NCBI GenBank assembly: GCA_965112155.1
Contig: OZ218112.1
Origin: Podarcis liolepis
Taxonomy: Eukaryota
Strand: one strand, 5' to 3'
DNA length: 64,000 nt
A model generated the notes under the pieces. It was not told the DNA's origin. It ran no database searches and was given only the letters and a program-made list of their open reading frames with translations. The translations under genes were made by a program, and so were the position numbers. This document shows positions 13,460 through 25,435 of this stretch, in pieces (position 1 is the first letter of the stretch; every line of letters starts with the position of its first letter).

Positions 13460-13806
13460 CCTGTATACCTGAAGGAGCATCTCCACCCCCATTGCTCAGC
13501 CCGGACACTGTGATCCAGCATCAAGGGCCTTCTGGTGGTTCCCTCATTGCGAGAAGTGAGGTTACAGGGAACCAGACAGAGGGCCTTCTCGGTAGTGGCT
13601 CCTGTGGAACGCCCTCCCATCAGATGTCATGGAAATAAGCAGCTATCTTATCTATAAAAGACATCTGAAGGCAGCCCTGTTTAGGGAAGTTTTTAATATT
13701 TAATGCTGTATTGGTTTTAACACTCGATTGGGAGCTACCCAGAGTGGCTGGGGAAACTCAGCCACATGGGCGGGGTATAAATAATAAATTATATTATTAT
13801 TATTAT
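13460..13806 (+). mobile_element. L2-clade LINE 3' end with (ATT)n tail
   Basis: Same family as 12908-13159 but longer (tacctgaaggagcatctccacccc...gggcggggtataaataataaatt). Confidence 0.85.
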
Positions 13807-14106
13807 CCTTGATGAGATCCTCAACATATAAATTCCCCATAATCTAGATAGCCAGGCCATAAGCAAAGAGCAGAAATGAGCAATATCCCACTGTGAATCC
13901 AAAGCTTTTGGAACCAATGTACTGCATATATTGCAGCTTCCCCGTTGCCATCCTCTGCTCCTACCCCCACTGCCACATCACATCAAATTCTAGATTGTAA
14001 TCTCCACGGAAGCTGGGAGCTGTGCTTTTTGTATTCTGTAAAGCAACATGTACGCTGAGGCACTGTATAAGAAAATAAACACATAAATAATATTTTTGTA
14101 GGGATA

Positions 14107-14456
14107 AAAGGTAAAGGGACCCTGACCATTAGGTCCAGTCGTGACTGACTCTGGGGTTGCGGTGCTCATCTCACTTTATTGGCCGAGGGAGCCGGCGTAC
14201 AGCTTCCGGGTCATGTGGCCAACATGACTAAGCCGCTTCTGGCAAACCAGAGCAGTGCACGGAAGAGCTGTTTACTTTCCCACCAGAGTGGTACCTATTT
14301 ATCCACTTGCACTTTGACGTGCTTTTGAACTGCTAGGTTGGCAGGAGCAGGGACCGAGCAACGGGAGCTCACCCCTTCGTGGGGATTCGAACTGCCGACC
14401 TTCTGATCGGCACGTCCTAGGCTCTGTGGTTTAACCCACAGCGTCACCTGCGTCCC
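14107..14456 (-). mobile_element. Sauria SINE (Squam1-type), full length
   Basis: tRNA-like head with B-box (agttcgaatcc on the minus strand), (ACCTTT)n tail, 13-bp TSD ttttgtagggata. Confidence 0.93.
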
Positions 14457-14989
14457 TTTTGTAGGGATATTGAGATTTAAATGTTCAAGAAGGCTAGCCA
14501 CTTGATAAGACTCTAGTCCTTGATTTGATTGGGAGACACTGTGGCAGCTAAGTAAGTTTGAAACTACTTTAAATGGGTTGCACAGGCATCCCTGCACAAT
14601 GAATAGATCAGATGACTCAAGCAAGCAAAGCCACCATGGGCCTACTCACTCAACTTACTTAGCACAGCTGCCAATCAATTTGAGTTATCTGCAATAAAGT
14701 TTTAATTACCAGCCTCAGATGCAGTAAGCTGTTGGAGTCTCTGGACCCCTCCTCTGGATCTCACTGAAATAAATGTTTCTGCCTTATCCAGTACCTTTCC
14801 TTTCCCCATTTTTCATTGCATGAACCTGCTGTAGATATCTGCAATGAAACAAAGAATATGGTGGCTCTGATTGATACTGTATTCTTGTTTTTTGCCAATG
14901 AAGTTATGCCTTCATGACAGAGTTCATGCAATTATTTCAATATGGCTATAGGGTTGGAATGGGGTTTTGAATGTTGAGGACATTGAAAT

Positions 14990-15312
14990 GAATTGCAGGG
15001 GTTCTAGCAACAAGGTAAAATATAAGATTGGATTAATAATAGATAGAATAATAGGACATGAATTTGCTGAATTAACTTTTAAAAGGGATACAAAAATGGG
15101 AGACGTGAGGAAGTCAGGAAAATAAGTTAACTAAAGAGGAGAATTTAAGAAAGAGGGAATTTTTGTCTTTTTTAAATATATGTCTTTTTCCTATTTCTTT
15201 TTTGTGTCTAATGTCTGTATCTTTGTATTTTATAACTTTGCATCTTTTTTGTTTTTACTATTTCTCTAAACTTTTTATTGTTAAAACCTAATAAAATATT
15301 ATATATAAAAAA
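14990..15312 (+). mobile_element. Probable L1-clade 3' UTR and poly(A) tail
   Basis: T-rich 3' UTR, then aataaa and an A-rich tail; resembles squamate L1 3' ends from recall. Confidence 0.5.
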
Positions 15313-15655
15313 GGAATGGGGAACTTTTTCTGCCTGAGGGCCATGTTCCCTTCTAGGCAATCTTCCATGAAATGTCAGTGGTGGGTGGGGACAGAGGTAA
15401 AAGTGGGAGGATCAACAAATGTACATTCCAACTTTGTACAGTAGGCTTCTTTCTATACATACTCACTCACTCTCACACACTATTGAGGAAAAGCAAGAGG
15501 AAGTATCAGAGCTCAAGGACACATTATAGGCAGGCAAGAGCACTTGAGAAGACTAAGACTACAGAGGGGGCATGGCCTGGAAATAGCCCCAAGGGCATGA
15601 TAGAGAGGCTTGGAGGATCACATTTGGTTCCTGGACCCAAGATTCCTCATCCCTG
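15313..15655. mobile_element. Old hAT(Charlie)-like non-autonomous element
   Basis: aggaatggggaactttt...gagggcca / ...ttcctcatccctg termini; related pieces at about 2190-2270, 3825-3925, 20030-20670 and 28150-28840. Confidence 0.6.
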
Positions 15656-16123
15656 AAATGTCATAGGTGGCCCAAATACATTCCAGTAATTCCATCTTCT
15701 AAACCTGATCTGAGAATCAAGTTCATTCCAATTCCTCAGTATTGCCCTTATATATGGAAGCCTATCTCCAATACTACAATACTGTATCCAACTAAGTTCT
15801 GCTCAGAGTAGACCCTTTAATACTAACGAGCCTAACTTAGTCATGTCATTAAGCTCAATGGGTCTACTCTGTTGCTCATGGTGGCAGCAGTTATTCTTAG
15901 AATTATAGAAGATGCTCAGCCCAGGAATTTGTTTGCTGTACTGGAACTGAGCTTGCTGTCCCATCACACAAACATCTACAGTACTTCTAGCTTTTCAAAG
16001 CTTCCTTAAGCTCAGCAGTCTAATTTAGAGAGTGTGTGTTTGTGCACAGGAGCCATTGGGTTCTTGGTGTTGTTAAGTAGCAATCAGAAACCCTCGCTGA
16101 CCTACTACAAAATCACCCAGAGA

Positions 16124-16784
16124 TAGTGATGGACTAAACTGTCAGTTTTAGTTTTTCTTCATTTCTTATTTTTCCAGTTTTAAGTTCTGTACATCGCATT
16201 TCTGCATCAGTATGTGAAAACGCTCAAGGAAATTGACATCATGCATTTCTCCTAACATTCACATTTTTATATGTAATTTCTCCCAATACAAAACAGTTTT
16301 GCAATCAATTTTCTCCACTATGGTGCATTTTCGATATGCCTTTTTCATTAATACATGCATTTTATGCTCTTTACCCTGCTGTAGACATTTTGTACAGATT
16401 TTGGAGAACTACATTTCTACATTTTGGAGAACTACAAAATTCATACAAGTGTGCATTTCCAAAGATACTTTGTTTCAGTTTGCATACTGTTTCATGGAAG
16501 GCTGTGTTAGGGCTCATCCAAACTTCTGGTTGGCCCATGACTAGAAAGCATGCGTCCAAGTGGTTTTGCACTTGACCTGCTCCTTTCCCAAGGAAATCTC
16601 ACTCTATAGCTCTAAATTGGAACAAACGTCAGTCCGGAGGAAACTTAAACTGCCATTTGCTCCAATTGAGCACTAAAGAGCGATTTTCCCTGGAGGAGAG
16701 TAATGGCACAAGAAGAAGCGTGGATAAGCCCTTAGGTTTGCATTAAAATGGGAACTAAACCAAATCCCAGACTCTCCATCCCTA
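16124..16784. mobile_element. hAT-like TAGGGATG element, interrupted by a Harbinger MITE
   Basis: tagtgatgg...ccatcccta termini; 8-bp flanks cccagaga/cctagtga (6/8 match). Confidence 0.7.
16510..16731. mobile_element. PIF/Harbinger-type MITE
   Basis: TTA-[gggctcatccaaactt ... aagcgtggataagccc]-TTA: 3-bp TWA TSD, GGGC-starting TIRs and an imperfect internal palindrome. Confidence 0.8.
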
Positions 16785-16875
16785 CCTAGTGAACTGTTAG
16801 TAGTTCTCAATTTACCTTATGTCGATTCCTGGTCTAAAGCAGCCAAATCACTCTATTATCCCAGTCGTCCATGGG

Positions 16876-17306
16876 TAGGGAGTGGGAATAAATTCAACTC
16901 AGTTTAAATTTAAGAGAACTTGCCCTTTGCACATTCTGAAGCAAGATTTGAACTGAGAAACAACCATCCTTTGAAACTCACATATCTTTGAATTCTGCAA
17001 TGCAACTTTCCAGCCAAGTGATACATACAAGAATGCACATGTGTGTAAAGGCATATATTAGTGAAAACAACCTTAAAAATGCATTATATTTTGGGCAACT
17101 GCTTTGCAATGCGTATGTTTGGGGAAATAGCCTAGAAACATGGGCATATTAGGAGAAAGTCACACTATAATGCTAGTGAATTTTAATGAGGATGTATAAC
17201 CTCCCCCCCCAAAAAAAATGGTGTGTAAATGTGGAGAACTGAACTTAAAACTGGGATAAAATTAGAAACAGAGATAAATTGAAATTGACATATTTGCCCA
17301 CCCCCA
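16876..17306. mobile_element. hAT-like TAGGGATG element
   Basis: tagggagtggg...gcccaccccca termini; 8-bp flanks tccatggg/cctatggg. Confidence 0.72.
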
Positions 17307-17910
17307 CCTATGGGATCTCATTATGTTTTACCATTCTTTTGGGATGTTTCTGGATGGAATATACACAGGATGGAAAGTGACTGTTGTTTATTTATAAAAC
17401 ATCTAAAACTTGCTGGGCATTATATGGAAATTAAGACAGAATACAGTTCCTGTTCTCGGGCTTACATTCCAATAGATATGACTTATGAGCCCTTGTTTGA
17501 TTTTTATAGTTCTCAGGTTGTTGTCTTATTAAGGATGTTATGTAATTTTAATAATTGACTTGTTGACTTGTATTTTATCGAGTGTATTTTATTGAGAGCC
17601 ACTGAGTGATGGAAAAATAGTGTAGAAGCGACCCCCCCCCCAAAAAAAAATCTCAGAGGAGGGGTGTGCAGAGAGAAGTCTTGTACAGATAAGTGCTGTT
17701 TTGAAATCTGCTCTTCAGTTTCTGGAAAGTTTAATTCCTCTGCAAAAGAGGCTTCCATTTATATGGCTCATTCTCAGGAAACCTAAGGAGATCTTTAGCA
17801 TTTCAGTCCAGATTTCCCAGCTTAAAAGCTGCTTCTGACAGTATTTTGCTCTTCATTTTGCCAACCACCTTGCAGATGAGAGGGAATCCAAACATGATGT
17901 TCCCATATGA

Positions 17911-18056
17911 GGCTGCAAACAAACCATATACAACTTCCCCTAAAGAGTCTTGGGAACTGTAGTTTGCTAAGAGTGCTGGGAATTACAGTTTCCATTATTC
18001 TTTGGGGGATGTCATGTCCTTTAAATGTGCTTTAAGTGTATGCTGTGTATGCAGCC
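17911..18056. mobile_element. Palindromic Harbinger-like MITE
   Basis: ggctgcaaaca...tgtatgcagcc termini, internal gggaactgtagttt / attacagtttcc; relatives at about 40965-41170 and 57020-57143. Confidence 0.6.
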
Positions 18057-18159
18057 ACAAACAGCAATACTCTTGGAATGTATACCTAATGCTTTTCCTA
18101 CTACAAAATAAAAAAATTCCTTCTAGTAGCACCTTAAAGACCAACTAAGTTAGTTCTTG

Positions 18160-18197
18160 GTATGAGCTTTCGTGTGCATGCACACTTCTTCAGATAC
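18160..18197 (-). ncRNA. Minimal type-I hammerhead ribozyme (Penelope pLTR)
   Basis: Minus strand reads GUAU-CUGAAGA-A-GUGUGCAUGCACAC-GAAA-GC-UC-AUAC: stem I GUAU/AUAC, CUGANGA core, palindromic stem II, GAAA, self-complementary AGCU stem III, cleavage triplet CUC. Confidence 0.85.
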
Positions 18198-18377
18198 ACT
18201 GAAACAGAAGTTGCCAGATCCTTCTATATAGTGAGAAGGTGGGGAGGGGTATTACTCAGAAGGGTGGTGGGAATGGGTGATTGGCAGATAGCTGAGATGA
18301 GCCTGTTGACGACTCTTAACGACTGCAATAGGTCTTACAGGAAAAGGCAAGGGGTGAGAAGGTGAAAAATGGCTTAG

Positions 18378-19034
18378 TCATGTATAATGAGATAAGAATC
18401 CAATGTCTCTGTTCAGACCAGGTCTCGCCATGGTTTTAAGTTTGGTAATGAGTTGCAATTCAGCAGCTTCTCTTTCCAGTCTATTTCTGAAATTCCTTTG
18501 TAGTAAAACAGCTACTTTGAGATCTTGTATAGAATGTCCTGGGAGATTGAAGTGTTCTCCTACTGGTTTCTCTGTTTTGTGATTCTTGATGTCTGATTTA
18601 TGTCCGTTTATTCTTTGGCGTAAGGTTTGGCCTGTTTGTCCAATATAGAGAGCTGAAGGACACTGTTGGCATTTGATGGCATACACAATGTTAGATGATG
18701 AGCAATTAAATAGTCCTGAGATGGTATGTGTGATGTTGTTGGGGCCAGTAATGGTGTTGTCCGGGTGTATGTGGCAGCAAAGTTGGCATTTGGGTTTATT
18801 GCAGGCTCTGGTGCCAGTGTCCGTGTTAAGTCTGGTTGTAGTATTATTGTGGGTTAGGAGTTGTTTAAGATTGGGTGGCTGTCTGTAGGCAATGAAAGGT
18901 CTTCCTCCCAGAGCTTGAGAAAGAGAACTGTCATTGTCCAGGAGAGGTTGTAGGTCTCTGATGATGCGTTGTACCGTTTTAACTTGGGAGCTGTATGTGA
19001 TGACTAGAGGTGTTCTGTTATTTTCTTTTTTGGG
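18378..19034 (-). CDS. C-terminal fragment of Penelope-like RT/EN polyprotein (Zn-knuckle linker + GIY-YIG endonuclease); no start codon
   Basis: Stop-free 219 codons (incl. stop): PKKENNRTPLVITYS...RPFIAYRQPPNLKQLL...CNKPKCQLC...CSSSNIVYAIKCQQCPSALYIGQTGQTLRQRINGH...VGEHFNLPGHS...ELQLITKL...GLN. Contains VY..YIG, conserved R/E/N and the CCHH motif typical of PLE endonucleases. Confidence 0.92.
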   Translation of the reverse strand, partial: PKKENNRTPLVITYSSQVKTVQRIIRDLQPLLDNDSSLSQALGGRPFIAYRQPPNLKQLLTHNNTTTRLNTDTGTRACNKPKCQLCCHIHPDNTITGPNNITHTISGLFNCSSSNIVYAIKCQQCPSALYIGQTGQTLRQRINGHKSDIKNHKTEKPVGEHFNLPGHSIQDLKVAVLLQRNFRNRLEREAAELQLITKLKTMARPGLNRDIGFLSHYT

Positions 19035-19562
19035 TCCTACTGTGAATGTTTCTCATGTGGAGGCTGTTTTTAAGGCTAGGGAGACACAGGTTCAAACTCC
19101 TCCTTAGTCTTGAAGCTCACTCAGCCATGCTGGATCATCTACTAATCAACCTACCAATCAACTCACTGGGTTGTTGTGAAGGTAAAAATGAGGCGAATGG
19201 TCAGATATATGGTAAGGGAAAGAAAGATATAAAGGAAAAAGACTTACAAATGTACAAAGGAGGGCAATAGGGCAGAATTTCAAGGCAAGACATAAACAGT
19301 GAATCAAAAACTCATAATCAAAACCAGCAACATATGAAATGATATTGGGATAGAATTTGACATCTGTGTGACTGTGACTGTGTTGTTAAATAAGCAACAG
19401 AAAACCACCAGACAGCTGTGGCTCCACTTCTTCCCGGAGAACCTGAAGTGGGTAGGCCAATTTCTCTTATGTAGGTATAAAGAAGGCTTTTATAAACCAG
19501 TCCTTCCAGCCTTGGGCCATGAAAATTGAAATTTGAAGCTGTTAGCAAATGAATTATCAGTA

Positions 19563-19756
19563 CAGTAGTGCCTTGGTTTAAGAACAGCTTAGTTTATGAA
19601 CAACTTGGATTAAGAACTCTGCAAACCCGGAAGTAGGTGTTTTGGTTTGTGAACTTTGCCTTGGAATAAGAACATGTTTCGCTTCCTGTTGAGTGTGTTC
19701 CATTTGTAAATTGAGTCCCCCGCTGCTATGGGAAAGCATGCCTTGGCTTAAGAACC
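19563..19756. mobile_element. Truncated Tigger-like MITE
   Basis: TA-cagtagtgccttggtttaagaac, with repeated ttaagaac subrepeats like family C; no right TIR. Confidence 0.65.
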
Positions 19757-20713
19757 TTGAGGACAGGTTTTGGAGCCACACCAATGGCCACTGCTTTCAG
19801 GCAGGGGTTTGATGAGATCCGAATGGTAGATCTTTAGCAAGCAAAACATACTCTCACTGAGCTACAGTCCTCCTCAGACTTTAATAATCTGGCTATTTTG
19901 CTTTATGCTAAAAATACAACATCTCACTCACTGGTCTTTTCTCTGCTTTCCTTTAGGCAGCTCACCTCCAGTCATCATTTCTGATGACTGGCAGGAAAAG
20001 CACACTTCTACAATGACCACTAATACAAGAAGTGGGGAGCTGTATGTCTGAGAGCCAATTGGGGCCCTTTGGCCTCTCTCTTATAGGACTTTCTGCAGGC
20101 AACACCCCATCTCCCTAGGTTACTCCGCTCATTGGCCCTACATTGCACCCTCCTTGAGTGTTTTGCTTGGCTGGAATGTGTCCTTGAACTCTAATCATGC
20201 CTTTTGCTTGCTTGGATGGAGGATAGAAAGGTAGACTGGCCTATTAGGACCATTGCCCCACAAAACTCAGTCTTGATTCATCCAAGTCCACCTCCCTTTT
20301 CATTTCTCTTTTTACTTACAGCCACTCCAGAGAACAGATCTGCCTATCATCCTCTTCCTCTTTGGCCTCACTGTTATCCATGTGAAATTCAGCAAGGGAA
20401 TGGTTAGAATTAGTTAGCTCTGCATGTTGGGCTCCTTATTTAGCACCTTCTGCTAAGCTGCTGCTGGGCCTTTGTTTTCTACCCCACCAGTCCCAATGGG
20501 CACCAAACACCACTGGGTGTGCAAATGTGAGTAGAAACTAGCCTACTGTATTAAAAGTAAAAGTTAATTCATTGCTCTGCCCACTTTTGCCTCTGGCCCC
20601 ATCCACCACTGGCCCCTAGAATGTTGTTTGGGAGGGAATGTGGTCCTTGGTCTGAGGAAGGTTCCCTGCATTTGACTTCTATTTTGGATCACTGTTGACT
20701 TGATACTATAACA

Positions 20714-20845
20714 CAGGCATGGGGAGCCCTTGATGTTGCTGAATTAAAACTCTCATCAGCCCTAGCAAGCATGGTCAATGGTTGGGGATGATGAGATGAT
20801 GGTAGTCCAGCAACTACTGGAGGGCAAAATGTTACTCACGTCCGC
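20714..20845. mobile_element. Short palindromic hAT-like MITE
   Basis: caggcatgggga..gatgttgctg..ctctcatcagc / gatgagatg..gtagtccagcaac..ctggagggc; same family at about 26910-27030, 35555-35620, 41735-41850, 46070-46165 and 56095-56210. Confidence 0.65.
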
Positions 20846-20848
20846 TCT

Positions 20849-21252
20849 CAGGGGCGTCTTACCTATAGAGACTAGTGGTGCGGGGCGCCAGGGCACCAAG
20901 TTCTGGAGGGCACCCAGGGAAGAGGTGGAGGCTGGATGTGGTGCCTCCTGGCATCAGCTCGCTTCCCTCGCCCACCTCCGCCATGCCGTGCCAAAGCAGC
21001 GTGTGCCCAGAACCTCTGTCAGCCGTGGCCACTGTGGCACGAAGAGGCCAACTGAGCAGGGAGGCACCACGTCCAGCCTCTGCCTCTTCCCTGCTGGAGG
21101 AGCTGCCCTCCAGCCACTGCATGCCTCCTCCAGCCCCGCCGGCAGCACCGTCATCCCTAAAAAAAGTTGACAATTCTGGGAAATGGGTGTGTGTGTGCGC
21201 GCGCCAGGGGGGGCTTTGCACCACGGTGCCGGATATGCTTAAGACGGCCCTG
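20849..21252. mobile_element. GC-rich non-autonomous hAT element
   Basis: TIRs caggggcgtctta / taagacggccctg; 8-bp TSD tccgctct/tctgctct; internal 34-bp inverted repeat. Confidence 0.85.
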
Positions 21253-21319
21253 TCTGCTCTAATGTGTATTTGGAGGATATGCACACATCTGCTTTCTTAA
21301 GCCAATCTTAAGAAAATCA

Positions 21320-21519
21320 NNNNNNNNNNNNNNNNNNNNNNNNNNNNNNNNNNNNNNNNNNNNNNNNNNNNNNNNNNNNNNNNNNNNNNNNNNNNNNNNN
21401 NNNNNNNNNNNNNNNNNNNNNNNNNNNNNNNNNNNNNNNNNNNNNNNNNNNNNNNNNNNNNNNNNNNNNNNNNNNNNNNNNNNNNNNNNNNNNNNNNNNN
21501 NNNNNNNNNNNNNNNNNNN
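21320..21519. other. Assembly gap (200 N)
   Basis: Run of N. Confidence 0.99.
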
Positions 21520-21608
21520 GTTTCCTCCCCCCACTTTCTTTAGGGTTTAAAGGTTGTCAGATGTATAAATGATCTTTGCTGGAGATTTTTTTTTTTTTTA
21601 CAATTCTT

Positions 21609-21648
<40 letters not shown>

Positions 21649-22444
21649 GTTGTTTAAATGTGGGTAATGTTTTTCACTGGTGCATTAAAGAAGGGCGGGA
21701 AAAAAAGACATATAATGTGGCCTACAGAATACCAGAGAATGTGAACATGGCAAATTGTAATAGGTTTATGGGGTTCACCACCTACAGTGGATTACATATT
21801 TATATTGCAAAATTTTCTAAATGTAATTGTTAAACATTTTTGCTAAAATCTTTGTCAGCACCACCAGCATTTTGTGCACTGATGTTTGCATTTATCAGGA
21901 ACTGTTCTTTGTCAACAGCTAGTTAAAGACATTTTACTCTCAGATTCAGTGTTAAGAGCCACCTAATTGAATTCAAGGGAGTGCATAACACAATCTGAAG
22001 TCAAAGAGGTTAGCACAGAATGGTCCTTTTAAAAACTCATTCTTGTGCCTGACTGTCCAAGTAATTGCCACCATCCCTGAGGGAAAATAATTACTAGTAT
22101 AAATAAATATTTTCTTCAAAGTCCCAGTTCTCATTTTAAGTTTGCTAAGAGCTAATTCTGGTGCTTTATCCACACGATAGCTCTTGGAAATTATCCTGTA
22201 AGTATGTGGGGGAAAAATCTGAGTGAAATGGGTAAATTATCCACGAAGCACTGCTACATAAACACGATCCAGAAATGTTGGATCTGGTCATCCCTAGATA
22301 AGTGATATGTAGTTCTGCCAAAAGCCTTCAAGTGAGTGGTCCTTCCTAATTTTCTTCATCTCTGATAAACAGCTTTCAAAGCTGCACCCATTTCATTTTA
22401 CCCTTCATATTGTTGACTAGGTCCTTTCTTGCTCTTAGGATCAA

Positions 22445-22602
22445 AGGAAGACACCTTACACTGAATCAGATTATTGGCCCATCTAGCTCAGTATTGCCTA
22501 CATTGACTGCCAGCTGCTGTTCATGGCTCCATGGAAATGCTGGGGATTGAAATTGGGACCTTCTGAATGCAAAGCAGACCTCCTATCATTGAGCTATGGT
22601 CC
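22445..22602 (-). mobile_element. tRNA-derived SINE (Squam2-like), degenerate
   Basis: Reverse complement has gctcaatgatag...gaaggtcccaatttcaatccccagc and tail actgagctagatgggccaat; matches 53979-54360. Confidence 0.65.
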
Positions 22603-25435
22603 TTTCTGGGTAGGCCACAATCTCAATACTGCTGACACAGTAAGTATCCTTTTGCTTGTCTACTTCTGGTTTGACGTTTTGGGAAATGTAGTCACTTGCA
22701 GCTTCCGTGACCAGGGTGCTTCTCCCTTATCTTCTTCACCTCTTTTCCCTGGCATGGACCCTGCCCTTGCATGGCCACAGTGTACTGGACACACACTCTG
22801 ACTCTATACTATAAGAATCAAATGAGTTAGGACAGTACCAGTTTTCAGTTGGAGTTTTAATTCTGTTGAATATTCTCCATGAGATATCTTCTGGGTGTGA
22901 AACAATAGCCTAGGGTTGTGCTTGGGATCTGGATGAATCCTGAATCTTGAGCCAAATTGGGGTGCACCTCAGAGGGATTTTGAGTTTGTCAGAGATAGAA
23001 CAGGATTTGGAACTACTCAGCATGAGCCGAAATGAGGACTTCTGAGGTGCCTTGTGGTGATTTTGCAATCCAAATCTATATGCTGTAGACAAGTGTCTGT
23101 TTAAAAAATTACATTGAGGGAGCAATCCTATAGCAAAATCCACTGGGATGAAAGGGTTAGGATCCAGCATATCGCCAGCTGAATTGGGAGGTCCCTGGCA
23201 CAGCTGAACTAGGCTGGCTTAACTCCTTCATCCTTGGCTCAGCCAGAGATACACCAGTGTATCTCCTCCATCCTGACTCAGTTGGGAGTCAGTTGGCTGA
23301 GCTGAGTGCAATGGATCGTAAACTGGTTTAAGGTTTGAAAAATGAGTGCTATAGGGGCATGGTGGGGGAGGAACCAAAGAAGGGAGACCTAGGCTGGATC
23401 CTACACTGGTTCAGCTCAGTCATGTGACCTGAAAACTAGGTATAAGTTAAGGCAGCAAAAAGGGTGGTGCACCTCAAACAATATTTCAAAGGCTTATTTT
23501 CCCTCTGCCAGTCTGAAGCCTGCTCAATCAGCAGTAGGGCTACTGCTGAATAAAGTTTGGATCTGGTGTAACTTTACACTGTCTTAAATTACACTGGCTT
23601 GCTTTATGCCAGCTTCTTGTATATAGGGTTAATCTCTAAATGTCTCTAAGATTACCATATAAGGTAAACACCAGGGAGGGATGATGAGGGAAAGGAAACC
23701 ATGGAGAGGATGGTGGAGGGAAAGCTCCATGTGACAGACAAGCCTGTAATCAGAGGGTATGATTTTATCCAGAAAGTGCAAGTTTTTCTAGTTCCCCACA
23801 TCAACTCAACTTTAAAGGAACCATGTTAGTAACCTTTGCCATTTCATTCCATGAAGTAATTCCTCAGATGGGCATGGGCATGAAAACGTTTCAAGTCAAA
23901 TTGCTCCCATCCCTAGTCTGTCAATTGTACAATAAGTCACTTCAGGACAAAATATACCAGAATTATTTAACATTCTTGGAAGAGGGTGGGAAAAGGTATT
24001 TGAAACTTTATTCTTTCTTTGTTTTGGCTTGGGAACTCTCAGCTGCTTGTATCCAATGACTTAAATCTGATTTCAGCAGAATGTCCTTTTCGGAAGGTTG
24101 CATGGTGTCAATAGCTTTGCTTTTTCCTTTGTAATGGTAATCTCTTCTAAAATATTAATCCCTGATCATGATTCCTTCTGTGTCATCCCAGAGACAAGAC
24201 CCAGGAAAACTGCTCTGGCACATAAAAACTAAAGACATTTGAGTAGTTCCAAGTATACCTCTTTAATGTGCAACGTGAGACCATTTTGGGTGGAGAAACT
24301 TACAAACATCCATTCTGGTCTTGTGCACACTCCTCCTTACACACTCTGCTGTCAAGAAATGGATGAGTCCATATTTTTAAGACAGACCCAGAAGGTTTTT
24401 GCATATTGAGAAAATTCAATGCAGTGCAGTATGGGATAGCTTCAAGTTTGTTCTGTTGGAGGTGTTGCTTCTCCCACAATTGCTATTACAATTTGTTAGT
24501 CGCTTTATCTTGCCCAGATGTACTCAAAGTGGCTTTCAAGCAAACAACCAGACAACATCCCCCTCCCTGATGCATTAAAACCAAGGAGAAAAAGAAATAC
24601 ATTAAAATCATCCCACCCACTTCTTAGGTCATAGAGGAAAGCTTTTGCCTGGCGCCTATAGGTGATGGAATGTTGCGTTTTGATTAATGTGTCTGACAGA
24701 AATAGCAGAGCGATCCAATTGGCTATGGTGGGGTTGTACTGGAGTTGTGATGCACCCATTCCTCTTTTCCTGGATGAAACACGATGGGACATTTCTGTTT
24801 ATGCATAGGCTGAAACCCAGTGGTGCGATTAGGTAATTTTAGCTCTGAACTTAATGGTCTTCTGCTCTCCCCCTATTCAGGTTTTTAATAGGTATTACTT
24901 GCTTCAAAATGTGGTAAGAAAGGCTTGCTACATTTAGGGGCCCTCATTTTGCTGAGTGGGAGGGGGCTGGCACAGCTGCCCCAAAGTTCTGCTCTGATGT
25001 CACACACCACTGCTGAAACCAGAAAAGCTGTTAACTCATAACCACACAGACACACTTTTATTTGTAAGGTCTCTCCTCAAAATACTTCTCTGAAAGGCAG
25101 AACAGGGACAGTGATTTCCTAGGGAAGAAAAAGCTGTCACTCTCTCTGGTAAATGGAAACCATTTACTAGGGCTGTCATTTTGGTTGAGATTTTCTTATG
25201 TACATTTTTTTAAAAAAGTAATTTCCGAAGGATTTATTTTGTCTTGTAACTAGTCACACACATTAACTGGCACTAAGATAATATCTTTTGACCAGCTTTG
25301 CTGGTAAATCACTGGGCTATGTAATTGACTTTTGTGCAAAAATTATGCATTATAATCTCTGGAAGAAATAAAATGGAAACATGTTTAAACACTTCCTTTT
25401 CTAAATGCTTTGGAGGGGGCCCCCTCTCCCACTGC

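Larger units (their letters stand above)
18103..19034 (-). mobile_element. Penelope-like retroelement (Neptune-type), 5'-truncated
   Basis: GIY-YIG ORF followed by a 3' pLTR region containing CCAAT, a TATA-like box and a hammerhead motif; 7-bp direct repeat TCCTACT on both flanks (18096-18102 / 19035-19041). Confidence 0.93.

Noticed and set aside
19968-19992. CTGATGA motif as a possible hammerhead core
   Set aside because: Lies in a simple hairpin, without the stem II-GAAA-stem III-UH arrangement.
21259-21534. ORFs spanning N runs (also at 44313-44768)
   Set aside because: Artefacts of assembly gaps.
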